From Eledone cirrhosa (Eukaryota): a stretch of DNA of 64,000 nt. The translations under genes and the position numbers were made by a program. Below are positions 22,407 to 35,600 of the stretch, in pieces. Every line of letters begins with the position of its first letter. The first letter of the stretch is position 1. The notes beneath the pieces are model-generated. The model made no database searches, was not told where the DNA came from, and was given only the letters and a program-made list of their open reading frames with translations. Location of the stretch: NCBI GenBank assembly GCA_964016885.1, contig OZ024742.1:356748001-356812000 (forward strand). Reading direction: 5' to 3'.

Positions 22407-24449
22407 TAGGAACTGAGGGTCGCATGGTAAATATCCAAGTTGATACTACATCAGTAAAATTAACAATAATAACGTCATGAAAAAAGCTACTAAGAGAAAC
22501 CCTCGAAAATTTATCGCTAATACAGCAGGGAAAATTTAACGCTAATACAGCAGGGAACATCATAATATTAACGACATGAAAAAGCTACTAAGAGAAACCC
22601 TCGAAAATTTATCGCTAATACAGCAGGGAAAATTTAACGCTAATACAGCAGGGAACATCATAATATTAACGACAATATGTAGGCTAAAATACCTTCGTAG
22701 ATTAGGTGGATGGCTGGCTGGGAAAATTTGAATCAGCTCTAGTGGTACATTTTAGCAGAGAAGAATGGCAAAGTGTCTTATCTCTTCAATATTTTCAGAT
22801 TGAATGAATTAGGTTAAAGGCAGGGTAGTAAGCCTTAAAGAAGTGCATAGAGGGGGGGGGTAGGAACTGAGGGTCGCATGGTAAATAACTGAGAGAGATA
22901 CAATAGGATTAGAATACCGCATGGTAAATATCCAAGTTAATAAGTTAATACTACATCAGTAAAATTAACAATAATAACGTCATGAAAAAAGCTACTAAGA
23001 GAAACCCTCGAAAATTTATCGCTAATACAGCAGGGAAAATTTAACGCTAATACAGCAGGGAACATCATAATATTAACGACATGAAAAAGCTACTAAGAGA
23101 AACCCTCGAAAATTTATCGCTAATACAGCAGGGAAAATTTAACGCTAATACAGCAGGGAACATCATAATATTAACGACATGAAAAAGCTACTAAGAGAAA
23201 CCCTCGAAAATTTATCGCTAATACAGCAGGGAAAATTTAACGCTAATACAGCAGGGAACATCATAATATTAACGACAATATGTAGGCTAAAATACCTTCG
23301 TAGATTAGGTGGATGGCTGGCTGGGAAAATTTGAATCAGCTCTAGTGGTACATTTTAGCAGAGAAGAATGGCAAAGTGTCTTATCTCTTCAATATTTTCA
23401 GATTGAATGAATTAGGTTAAAGACAGGGTAGTAAGCCTTAAAGAAGTGCATAGAGGGGGGGGGGGGTAGGAACTGAGGGTCGCATGGTAAATAACTGAGA
23501 GAGATACAATAGGATTAGAATACCGCATGGTAAATATCCAAGTTAATAAGTTAATACTACATCAGTAAAATTAACAATAATAACGTCATGAAAAAAGCTA
23601 CTAAGAGAAACCCTCGAAAATTTATCGCTAATACAGCAGGGAAAATTTAACGCTAATACAGCAGGGAACATCATAATATTAACGACATGAAAAAGCTACT
23701 AAGAGAAACCCTCGAAAATTTATCGCTAATACAGCAGGGAAAATTTAACGCTAATACAGCAGGGAACATCATAATATTAACGACATGAAAAAGCTACTAA
23801 GAGAAACCCTCGAAAATTTATCGCTAATACAGCAGGGAAAATTTAACGCTAATACAGCAGGGAACATCATAATATTAACGACAATATGTAGGCTAAAATA
23901 CCTTCGTAGATTAGGTGGATGGCTGGCTGGGAAAATTTGAATCAGCTCTAGTGGTACATTTTAGCAGAGAAGAATGGCAAAGTGTCTTATCTCTTCAATA
24001 TTTTCAGATTGAATGAATTAGGTTAAAGACAGGGTAGTAAGCCTTAAAGAAGTGCATAGAGGGGGGGGGGGGGGGTAGGAACTGAGGGTCGCATGGTAAA
24101 TAACTGAGAGAGATACAATAGGATTAGAATACCGCATGGTAAATATCCAAGTTAATAAGTTAATACTACATCAGTAAAATTAACAATAATAACGTCATGA
24201 AAAAAGCTACTAAGAGAAACCCTCGAAAATTTATCGCTAATACAGCAGGGAAAATTTAACGCTAATACAGCAGGGAACATCATAATATTAACGACATGAA
24301 AAAGCTACTAAGAGAAACCCTCGAAAATTTATCGCTAATACAGCAGGGAAAATTTAACGCTAATACAGCAGGGAACATCATAATATTAACGACATGAAAA
24401 AGCTACTAAGAGAAACCCTCGAAAATTTATCGCTAATACAGCAGGGAAA
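22407..24449 (-). repeat. Nested tandem repeat (~600-bp monomers containing ~99-bp subunits containing 25-bp repeats) at the RTE 5' end
   Basis: taggaactgagggtcgcatggtaaat recurs at 22407, 22861, 23467 and 24076. The catgaaaaagctactaagagaaacc subunit occurs 11 times (last partial), with cgctaatacagcagggaa twice per full subunit. Confidence 0.95.
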
Positions 24450-25165
24450 TACTTTTTAAAATTGATTTTAGCTCTTATGCAGAGAAATTTAATCTGATTT
24501 TTTTTCCCAAAAGCACCAAGTGTAAAAGGAAGTACAATTAATATACCTAAGCTATTTTCATCCAAAAATTATAGATCTAAAGAGAATTTGAAACCATTAC
24601 AGAGAGCATAAAAAGAAACAAATTTCAGCAGCTGTAGATTATTAGTTACAAGTTGTAATTTTTGCTTTATGAAATAGTTTTGGTGATGTGAGTCACATTA
24701 CATTTGAATTCATTTCAGCATATTTCACTTTAGAATGTAAGCTGAGTAATATTTTGTTGTTTAGTTTTCAGTTAGCTCTGATTGAGCAAACCAAAAATCA
24801 AGAACATTTCAGCCATGGTCACCCTACCCTTTCATTAAACATTGCATATGCTCTATATTATCCAATATATATTTACATGTGCTCTATATTATCCAATATA
24901 TATTTACATTTTCAAATTAGTAGTATGAGGTTTCCAGTAGAACAAGTGACCCTTTATATGTTCCCTTATTGGCTTTAGTATGGTTTCTTTGGATGATTGT
25001 CTTGCACCAAAAGAGAGTCAATTACTAGAATGGATAAGATGAAATGTACTTCAGTATACCATGTTATCAAATAATGCTTAATTTCTCCTCTTTGAACACC
25101 CGTATAAAATTGTTTCACATTTTATGTACATAAAGATTTGAGAAAACGAATAGTTACTCTGTAAT

Positions 25166-25236
25166 GGGTTCCTGCCACGTTATAGGATTGAACCTGAGTA
25201 CTAATGATTGTGAAGCAAACATTTTAACCATAGAGC
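25166..25236 (-). mobile_element. Degenerate tRNA-like head of a second SINE family
   Basis: Minus strand tagctctatggttaa (A-box) ... caggttcaatcct (B-box) ...cgtggca with tRNA-like spacing, but no clean cloverleaf. Confidence 0.5.
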
Positions 25237-25549
25237 TATTCTCCCTCATCATATTGCAGTTTCAGTTTCAGTGAAGTTATTTGGATGTGAAGACTAGGCT
25301 TTTTTAGAGGCAGCCTTTACTTATCTCGTTGTAGCTATGTCACTGTGTTGTCAGAGTTTTCTAGGGAGCTACAGCTATCACCCATTGTTCCATCTCCCAA
25401 AGTAGTTTACCACTGTTGGTCCAGGGCTGCTTATTCATCCGGCCATTGCTCACTTATATCGCAACTATCCATCATGTCTGGTGGCCATATCGCTATCCAC
25501 CACCTGCGACCCATTCTCTAGCAGAACAGCTCTGCCAATAAAGTATGTA

Positions 25550-25902
25550 GCACAGAAATCAGAGGGCCACTCAAGATAGAGCACTACTTCTCTCAATTCA
25601 GAGATCACAGTTCTGATACTATGGGCATGTGCTTTGAATGTCTCCGGAAAGAATCACTGGACAGATTTTATGGGCAAAAACCAACTGGCAGGTGATCCAG
25701 GGGTAGACCCCAAGCAAGATGGTTGGATAACATCTATAAGCTTGGCTGGTCTCGCTTGGAGATCCAGCCAGATCACTTGGAGTGGTTGCTTCTGACATGA
25801 CCCGCTGGAAGGAGTGTTTGAGGACTCTGCCCCCACGACCTTCTCATGAATAAGTGGATGACAAAGAAGAGGAAGGGGAAGAAGTGGAGGAAGAAGAAGA
25901 AG
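25550..25902 (+). mobile_element. Old RTE 3' fragment with (GAA)n tail
   Basis: Broken translation RSQF*YYGHVL*MSPERIT...KPTGR*SRGRPQARWLDNI...RWKECLRTL, followed by a gaa/gag tract. Confidence 0.75.
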
Positions 25903-25914
25903 CTATGGGATCAT

Positions 25915-26105
25915 ATGGGTGCCATGAATTGGCAGTATTGGTAGAGGGTCAGACATGCTTTCCAGCGTAGTTACGTCCCTTTACAATCTGAGTTCAAATC
26001 CCTCCGAGGTTAACTTTGCCTTTCATCCTTACGGGGTCTATAAAATAAAGTATCAGCAATACACTGGGTATTTGCTGGCCTTGTGGCAAAAGTAGAAACA
26101 ATTAT
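25915..26105 (+). mobile_element. tRNA-derived SINE, same subfamily as 11909-12099 and 29471-29660
   Basis: attggcagtattggtagagggtcagaca, gagttcaaatcc, ctttgcctttcatccttacggggtc, gctggccttgtggcaaaagtagaaacaattatt. Confidence 0.85.
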
Positions 26106-26234
26106 TTTATATAGCATGCCTTGGTGATTTAAATCTGGCAGTTCCTATCCTGCTCTATGTTTGAACAAGTTAACTTTTCTAGAGAAAAAAGCAGAGAATG
26201 AAAGAGAGTGTGATAGAAGTAAATTAGACTCCAA

Positions 26235-26330
26235 AATATGACTTTGCATGATTTGAACTTAAAGAGTTGAGAGCAGGAACAAATACTGTAAAGCACTATA
26301 GCCAAAGTTCTAATGATTCTACTAATTCAT
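26235..26330 (-). mobile_element. Partial degenerate SINE head
   Basis: Plus strand gatttgaactt (B-box complement) and ctaatgattctactaattc (A-box region complement). Confidence 0.5.
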
Positions 26331-27212
26331 TTCATAGGAACATAAAATTAGGTATCAAGAATGTTCACTAACTTACGAGAAACAGTTACATAATTTAGTC
26401 AGGCAGAGTAACATTTGCTAAAGATAAAATCTTTTACATGATTTATTTCAAGTATTTATCAATTCTAGAGAGATTCAAAGTATTGTTACTTCTAGTCTAA
26501 TGAGTAATCTTGGATTTTAAACAGTCGCTGCTTTTAGCTTCACTGAATTTTCAGAAGAAAAAGAAACTACGGAAATATTTACATTTTTCACAACATCATG
26601 GTTATATGGATTACAAATAGTTCTCAGTTGCTTTGAAGTAAATGTAGTAGACTTTTGTGATGCAGCAGCAAAAAAAAATATGAAACAATTATAATTGCTA
26701 CTTATGAAACAACTTAGGAGACATTTATGATACAGAATTTAAATACAGCTTTAGTCACTTTTTCAATAATAGAATGGGTTTCATTGTATGGCCAGGTGAT
26801 TTATAGATATATTAGATATTTTATCTTAACTCCAAACATAAAAGTTGCATCTATTTTCAAATATAATTGTGTAATGTGCTTAATCTTTGTAATAAAATAT
26901 TAATTGAAGGAATTCGATTCCTGAATGTTTGGACTGTATTTTAAAAAATAGGGCAGATGTTCTTTAAAATATCTAATCATTTACCGTTTAAAGAGATTTT
27001 AAAAGAACCTTGAAAGTCATTCTACAAAATGAAATATGATTGTATGATAGTGTCGATGCCAATTTCAGATAACATCATAGCTAATTGTTCTGTTGTTTAA
27101 ATACCCAATATATTAACTTTGGGATTTCTTTTAAAATCTCACTTTCATCGGGGGGGGGGGGGGGGGGGGGTCTGTAATATTCACACATTTTCACGTAGGT
27201 AATAATTGTGTT

Positions 27213-27372
27213 TGAGGCAGCAAATTGGTAGAATCATTATAACGTCAGATAGAATGCTTTGTCATATTCATTTGTTCTCTGCTCTCTGAGTTCAAATCCT
27301 GTCAAGATCAATTTTGCTTTTCATCCTTTTAAAGTCAATAAAAAAATGTACCAGTCTAATACTGGGGTGGAT
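27213..27372 (+). mobile_element. Degenerate SINE copy
   Basis: attggtagaatcatta...ctgagttcaaatcc...ttttgcttttcatcctttt...gtaccagtctaatactgggg. Confidence 0.75.
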
Positions 27373-27554
27373 TCTTCCTCAATATTTCTTTCTCACTCCC
27401 ATTCTCACATTCTCTCTATCCTTCTCTGGAAGAAATCAGTTGATTTTTTTGACCTGGAGAGGGATGGGTTCTGCCAGGTTTTAAAAATGCCAAAGAAATG
27501 TTGTATGTCAGGAGTTACCTGACCTTGTATGCCTGTAGAGAATAATTATTTTTA

Positions 27555-27753
27555 AGATTGGCACGAAGACAGCAATTTAGGAGAAGGGGAAAATCAATTG
27601 CATTGATCCGAGAACATAACTGTTGCTTTAACAACCCTCGAAGGATGACAGGTAATTTTGACCTCAGCAGGATTTGTACCCAGAACATAAAAAACTATGA
27701 CAAATACCATAAATAATTTGTCCAATGCTCTAATAATTCTGCCAATGCACCAT
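27555..27753 (-). mobile_element. Degenerate SINE copy
   Basis: Minus strand attggcagaattattagagcattggacaaatt...ctgggtacaaatcctgctgaggtcaaaattacctgtcatccttcgagggttg. Its ttagagcattggacaaa is nearly the start of the 33-bp satellite unit. Confidence 0.72.
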
Positions 27754-29085
27754 ATACTTTTACATAGGTAATAACACAACTAAAGTGAAATTGTTATAAC
27801 AACACATGAAAGTTAGGTGGAAGAATCTACTTGCATAAAACTTATCCTCATTGTTATAATGCTCTTAATAAATTAACAAGAATGACTAAAAGTCAATTGA
27901 TGATGTCAAACTAACTTGCCATTTGACAAAGCAGAGCATAGCGCTATAAAACACAACCGCTTCAATAAATCCATGAATAAGTCAGGTAATTTATGGAGAA
28001 AATTTCTATGTAGATGATTGCCTGGAAAAGGCAATAAAAACAAAGAAAAGAGACACACTTGAGAAGACATGATCTAAGATATATTGATAAAGAACGAAAT
28101 AAAATGAAAGAAGAAAAGCATTAGATTTGGAAATAGAGCAAATGACTTTTTCAGCACATGACTACACTGATAATTTTAAAATGTCTTTTACAAGTGAAAG
28201 CAGAAAAAGAGAAAAATTTAATAATTAGATGAGCAAAGCAAAAATATGCTAAACATCATTTGATGCTTCAAATTTGTTCATTTCTCTAAACTGCTGCAGA
28301 ATAAATTAATATGAATTGGCAAAATATCAAGACTAGCAGGAACGTTATTAAAATAATTTTCATCTCTTGGGAAGAACTTTCCAAATACTCCTGGTAATTA
28401 CAGATGAGACTTTAATCAATATATTCTAACTTGTTATCATACAAAATATATATATAAAAGACTATAGAATAAAATAGAATGAAAAAAACATTAGTGAAAG
28501 ATGTTAAGGGTGTATATGATGCCTCATTATGAGTGTGAATATAATGACAACATTTCCTATTCACAACCTGCTTGAATATATATCACCCATTTAATATCGT
28601 GTTTACTGCCTGAGATACCTTGCTATGAAAACAGCATCTCTTAGCATATTTTATTTTTGAACCATGAGAAATTTACATTTGTGTAGCTAATTCCCTTTCT
28701 ACCCCTTTCAAACAGCGTTTGCAAAGTAAATAAAGTGAAAGCTAAATATTGGAAATTGTACTTTTTGTATCACATCTAGTCATTTTCTACTCTATGAAGG
28801 TAACCTAAAAAATAATTAACACTTTTCCTACTTACCTGCCCAAAACCACATCTGATTCTATGAAACAAAATCACTCATTTTAATTCAAATGTGTATAATT
28901 TCTATAAGAATATTTTGTTTAGTTATGTTACAAATAACAGCTTGATGATAAAAGAACTATAAGTGTTAGTAAATCATTCCGAATTCTTCATTAATTAATT
29001 CAGGTACATTATATTTCATTAGAAATATGGTAAATGTTAGGGGATTTACATGTGTTGTACATATAAAGGGGTCTAAACACAAAGA

Positions 29086-29172
29086 TTCTTCTTCTTCTTC
29101 TTCTTCTTCTTCTTCTTCTTCTTCTTCTTCTTCTTCTTCTTCTTCATCTTCTTCTTCTTCTTCTTCTTCTTC
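29086..29172. repeat. (TTC)n microsatellite
   Basis: About 29 near-perfect TTC units; possibly the tail of a minus-strand retroelement. Confidence 0.95.
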
Positions 29173-29470
29173 CATATGAGACAGCTCCAATTATGTGCTG
29201 TCCTCTGCAGGTATAGTAACCAGCTCACAATGTGGGACTAGGGTGTGTCAGGTCCTTATTCTCATGTAAGTATAGATCCAGGCATACCCTCAGTATATGT
29301 TCAGCAGTCAACTGTGGTAACCACACTGGCAGGCTACAGATAGATGTAGCCTCACAGGGTCCAATGTTGTTAATGTCTTCATGTTAAACACTGGAAATTG
29401 ATCACAATCTCAGATCTTGATTAGGAGAAAACATGCTAGCATTGAAGAATGAATGTTGAATGGTGATGAT

Positions 29471-29660
29471 AATTGTTTCTACATTTGGCACAAGGCCAGC
29501 AATTACCCAGTACATTAGTGGTACTTTATTTTATCGACCCCGTAAGGACGAAAGGCAAAGTTAAGTTCGGCGGGTTTGAACTCGGTCCATAAAGGGACCA
29601 AACTGTGCTACAAAACATGATGTCCAACCCTCTACCAATACTGCCAATCCACCGCCCATG
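29471..29660 (-). mobile_element. tRNA-derived SINE whose 5' head is the first unit of the 41-bp satellite
   Basis: Minus strand ccatgggcggtggattggcagtattggtagagggttggacatcatgttttgtagc...gagttcaaacccgccg...ctttgcctttcgtccttacggggtcgataaaataaagtacc...gctggccttgtgccaaatgtagaaacaatt, colinear with 11909-12099. Confidence 0.9.
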
Positions 29661-32600
29661 GTGTACAACCCTCTACAAATACTGCCAATCCAGCACCTAC
29701 GGGGTCCCACCCTCTACCAATACTGCCAATCCACCGCCCATGGCATCCAACCCTCCAACCCTCTACCAATACTGCCAATCCACCAGCCATGGCGTCCGAC
29801 CCTCTACCAATACAGCCAATCCACCACCCATGGCGTCTAAGCCTCTACCAATTCTGCAAATCCACCACCCATGGCATCCAACCCTCTACAAATACTGCCA
29901 ATCCACCACCCATGGCGTCTAAGCCTCTACCAATTCTGCAAATCCACCACCCGTGGCGTCCAATCCTCTACCAATACTGCCAATCCAGCACCCATGGCGT
30001 CCAACCCTCCACCAATTCTGCAAATCCACCACCCATGGCGTCCAACCCTCTACCAATACTGTCAATCCACCACCCATGGCGTCCGACCCTCTACCAATAC
30101 TGCCAATCCAGCACCCATGGCGTCCAACCCTCCACCAATTCTGCAAATCCACCACCCATGGCGTCCAACCCTCTACCAATACTGCCAATCCAGCACCCAT
30201 GGCGTCCAACCCTCCACCAATTCTGCAAATCCACCACCCATGGAATCTAACCCTCTACCAATACTGCCAATCCACCATCCATGGCATCCAACCCTCTAGC
30301 AATACTGCCAATCCACCACCCGTGGCGTCCAACCCTCTACCAATACAGCCAATCCACCACCCGTGGCGTCCAATCCTCTAGCAATACTGCCAATCAAACA
30401 CCCGTGTCATCCAACCCTCTACCAATACAGCCAATCCACCACCCGTGGCGTCCAATCCTCTACCAATAGTGCCAATCCACCACCCATGGCATTCAATCCT
30501 CTACAAATACTGCCAATCCACCACCCATGGCATCCTACCCTCTACCAATACTGCCAATCCACCCCCCAACCGTCCTCCCCTCTACCAATACTGCCAATCC
30601 ACCCCCATGGCCAGACCTTCTACCAATACTGCCAATCCACCACCCATGGCGTCCAACCCTCTACCTATACTGCCAATCCACCACCCATGGCATCCGACCC
30701 TCTACCTATACTGCCAATCCACCACACATGGCGTCCAAACCTCTACCACTACTGCCAATCCACCACCCATGGCGTCCAAACCTCTACTGCCAATCCACCA
30801 CCTATGGCGTCCAACCCTCTACCAATACTGCCAATCCACAACCCATGGCGTCCAACCTTCTACTGCCAATCCACCACCCATGTCGTACAACCCTCTAACA
30901 ATACTGCCAATCCAACACCCATGGCGTCCAATCCTCTACCAATACTGCTAATCCACCACCCATGGCATCCAACCCTCTACCAATACTGCCAATCCAGCAC
31001 CCATGGCGTCCGACCTTCTACCAATACAGCCAATCTACCACCCATGGCATCCGACCGTCTACATATACTGCCAATCCACCACCCATGGCGTTCCACCCTC
31101 TACCAATACTGCCAATCCACGACCCATGGCATCCGACCCTCTACCTATTCTGCCAATCCACCACCCATGGCTTACCACCCTCTACCAATTCTGCCAATCC
31201 ACCACCCATGGCATACAATCCTCTACAAATACTGCCAAGCCACCACCCATGGCATCCAATCTTCTACCAATACTGCCAATCCACACCCAGACCTCCGCCC
31301 CTCTACCAATACTGCCAATCCACCCCCTATGGCCGACCCTCTAACAATACTGCCAATCTACCACCATGGCATCCGCCCCTCTACCTATAATGCCAATACA
31401 CCAATCATGGCGTCCAACCCTCTACCTATACTGCCAATCAAACACCAAGTTTATCCAACCCTCTACCTATACTACAAATCCACCGACCATGGCATCCAAC
31501 CCTCTACCAATACTGCCAATTCACCACCCATGGCGTCCCACCCTCTACCTATACTGCCAATCCACCACCTATGGCATCCAACTCTCTACCTATACTACCT
31601 ATCCACCGCCCATGGCGTCGAACCCTCTACCAATACTGCCAATCCACCACCCATGGCATCCGCCCCTCTACCAATACTGCCAATCCACCCACATGGCCCG
31701 ACCCTCTACCAATACTGCCAATCCACCGCCAATGGCATCCCACCATTTACCATACTGACAACCCAGCACCCATGGCGTCCGACCCTCTACCACTACTGAC
31801 AATCCCCCACCCATGGCGTCCCATCCTCTACCAATACTGTCTATCCTCCCCCCATGGCGTCTAACCCTCTACCAATACTGACAATCCACCACCCATGGCG
31901 TCCCACCCTCTACCTATACTGCCAATCCACCACCTATGGCATCCAACTCTCTACCTATACTTCCAATCCACCGCCCATGGCGTCCGGCCCTCTACCAATA
32001 CTGCCAATCCACCGCCAATGGCATCCGCCCCTCTACCAATACTGCCAATCCACCCACATGGCCCGACACTCTACCAATACTGCCAATCCACCGCCAATGG
32101 CATCCCACCCTTTACCAATACTGACAACCCAGCACCCATGGCGTCCGACCCTCTACCAATACTGCCAATCCACCACCCATGGCGTCCCACCCTCTACCAA
32201 TACTCTCTATCCTCCCCCCATGGCGTCTAACCCTCTACCAATACTGCCAATCCACCACCCATGGCGTCCCACCCTCTACCAATACTGTCAATCCAACACC
32301 CATGGCGTCCGACCCTCTACCAATACTGCCAATCCACCACCCATGGCGTCCCACCCTCTACCAATACTCTCTATCCTCCCCCCATGGCGTCTAACCCTCT
32401 ACCAATACTGCCAATCCACCACCCATGGCGTCCCACCCTCTACCAATACTCTCTATCCTCCCCCCATGGCGTCTAACCCTCTACCAATACTGCCAATCCA
32501 CCACCCATGGCGTCCCACCCTCTACCAATACTCTCTATCCTCCCCCCATGGCGTCTAACCCTCTACCAATACTGCCAATCCACCACCCATGGCGTCCCAC

Positions 32601-35600
32601 CCTCTACCAATACTGTCAATCCAACACCCATGGCGTCCGACCCTCTACCAATACTGCCAATCCACCACCCATGGCGTCCCACCCTCTACCAATACTGCCA
32701 ATCCACCACACATGGCATTTAACCCTCTATCAATACTGCCAATAACCCACACATGGCATCTAACTCTATACCAATACAGCCTATCCATCACACATGGCAT
32801 CCAACCCTCTACCAATACTGCCAATCCAGCACCCATGCCGTTCCACCCTCTACCAATACTGCCAATCAATCACCCATGGCATCCAACCCTCTACCAATAC
32901 TGCCAATCCACCACACATGGCATCCAACCCTCTACCTATACTGCCAATCCGACACCCATGGCATTCAACCATCTACCAATACTGCCAATCCACCATCTAT
33001 GGCATCCGCCCCTCTACATATACTGCCAATTCACCACCATGGCGTCCAACCCTCTACCTATACTGCCAATCCACCACCCATGGCGTCCAACCTTCTACCA
33101 ATACTGCCAATTCACCACCCATGGCGTTCCACCCTCTACCTATACTGCCAATCCACCGCCCATGGCGTCGAACCCTCTACCAATACTGCTAATCCAGCAC
33201 CCATGGCATCCGCCCCTCTACCAATACTGCCAATCCACACCCCCCACCCTTGCCCTACTCTCTACCAATACTGCCAATCCACCACCAATGTCATCACACC
33301 CCCTACCAATACTGCCAATCCAGCACCCATGGCGTCCGACCATCTACCAATACTGCCAATCCACCAACCATGACGTCCGACACTCTACCAATACTGCCAA
33401 TCCACCACCCATGGCGTCCCACCCTCTACCTATACTGCCAATCCACCGACCATGGCATCCAACCCTCTACCAATACTGACAATTAACCACCCATGGCGTC
33501 CCACCCTCTAACTATACTGCCAATCCACCACCTATGGCAGCCAACTCACTACCTATACTACCATCCACCGCCAATGGCGTCGAACCCTCTACCAATACTG
33601 CCAATCCACCACCCATGGCATCCACCCCTCTACCAATACCGCCAATCCACCCACATGGCCCGACCCGCTACCAATACTGCCAATCCAACACCAATGGCAT
33701 CCCACCCTTTACCAATACTGCCAATCCAGCACCCATGGCGTCCGACCATCTACAAATACTGCCAATCCACCACCCATGGCGTCCGACCATCTACTAACAC
33801 TGCCAATCCACCACCCATGGCGTCCCATCCTCTACCAATAATGCGTATCCTCCACCCATGGCGTCCAACCCTCTACCAATACTGCCAATCCACCACCCAT
33901 GGCGTCCCACCCTCTACCAATACTGCCAATCCACCACCCATGGAGTCCCACCCTCTAGTAATACTACCAATCCACCACCCATGGCGTCCCACCCTCCACC
34001 TATACTTACAATGCACCGCCCATGGCGTCGAACCCTCTACCAATACTGCTAATCCACCACCCATGGCATCGGCCCCTCTACCAATACTGCCATTCCGCCC
34101 CCATGGCCCGACCCTCTACCAATACTGCCAATCCAGCACCCATGGCGTCCGACCATCTACCAATACTGCCAATCCACCACCCATGGCGTCCGACACTCTA
34201 ATAATTCTGCCAATCCACCACCCATGGCATCGCACCCTCTACCTATACTGCCAATCCACCGATCATGGCATCCAACCCTCTAACAATACTGCAAATTCAC
34301 CACCCATGGCGTCCCAGCCTCTACCTATACTGCCAATCCACCACTCATGCCGTCCGACCCTCTACCAATACTGCCAATCCACCACCCATGGCGTCCCATC
34401 CTCTACCAATAATGCGTATCCTCCACCCATGACGTCCAACCCTCTACCAATACTGTTAGTCCACCACCCATGGCGTCGCACCCTCTACCAATACTGCCAA
34501 TCCACCACACATGGCATTCAACCCTTTACCTATACTGCCAATCCACCACCCGTGGCATCCGCCCCTCTAATTATACTGCCAATCCAGCACCCATGGCGTA
34601 CCACCCTCTACAAATACTGCCAATCCACCACACATGGCATTTAACCCTCTATCAATACTGCCAATCCACAACACATGGCATCTAACTCTCTACCAATACT
34701 GCCTATCCATCACACATGGCATCCAACCCTCTACCAATACTGCCAATCCACCACCCATGGCGTCCCACCCTCTACCTATACTGCCAATCCACCGCCCAAG
34801 GCGTCGAACCCTCTACCAATACTGCTAATCCAGCAGCCATGGCATCCGCCCCTCTACCAATACTGCCAATCCACCCCCCATGGCCCGACCCTCTACCAAT
34901 ACTGCCAATCCACCACCAATGGCATCACACCCTCTACCAATACTGCCAATCCAGCACCCATGGCGTCCGACCATCTACCAATACTGCCAATCCACCACCC
35001 ATGGCGTCCGACACTCTACCAATACTGCCAATCCACCAGCCATGGCGTCAGACCCTCTACCAATACTGCTTATCCACCACACATGGCATTCAACCCTCTA
35101 CCTTTACTGCCAATCCACCACCCGTGGCATCCGCCACTCTACTTATACTGCCAATCCACGACCCATGGCGTCTCACCCTCTATCAATACTGCCAATGCAG
35201 CACCCATAGCGTCCGACCCTCTACCAATACTGCCACTCCACCACACATGGCATCCAACCCTCTACCAATACTGCCAATCAACCACCCATGGCATCCAACC
35301 CTATATCAATACTGCCAATCAACCAGCCATGGCATCCAACCCTCTACCAATACAGCCAATCCAACACCCATGGCGGCCAACTCTCTACCAATACTGCCAA
35401 TCCACCTCCCATGGCATCCGCCCCTCCACCTATACTGCCAATCTATCACCCATGGCGTCCGACCCTCTACCAATACTGCCAATCAACCACCAAAGGCATC
35501 CGCCCCTCTAACTATTCTGCCAATCCATCACCCATGGCGTACGACCCTCTACTAATACTGCCAATCAACCACCAATGGCATCCAACCCTCTACCAATATT

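Larger units (their letters stand above)
18739..24449 (-). mobile_element. RTE-clade LINE, copy 2 (intact ORF, tandem-monomer 5' end)
   Basis: (ATC)n tail 18739-18760, ~280-bp 3' UTR, single ORF, ~250-bp unique 5' UTR, then tandem monomers to 24449. No convincing TSD seen. Confidence 0.92.

Noticed and set aside
22407-24449. Retrozyme or hammerhead in the ~600-bp monomers
   Set aside because: No CUGANGA core found by eye on either strand; nearest are ctgatgt and ctgagag. Other ribozyme classes were not excluded.
25166-25236. Functional tRNA gene
   Set aside because: A- and B-box-like motifs are present but stems do not pair cleanly; better explained as a SINE head.
26350-29050. Host-gene exons in the AT-rich unique region
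   Set aside because: No ORF with recognisable protein features or convincing splice pair; small exons cannot be excluded without RNA data.
28966-29190. Poly-Glu ORF
   Set aside because: It is the translation of the (TTC)n microsatellite.
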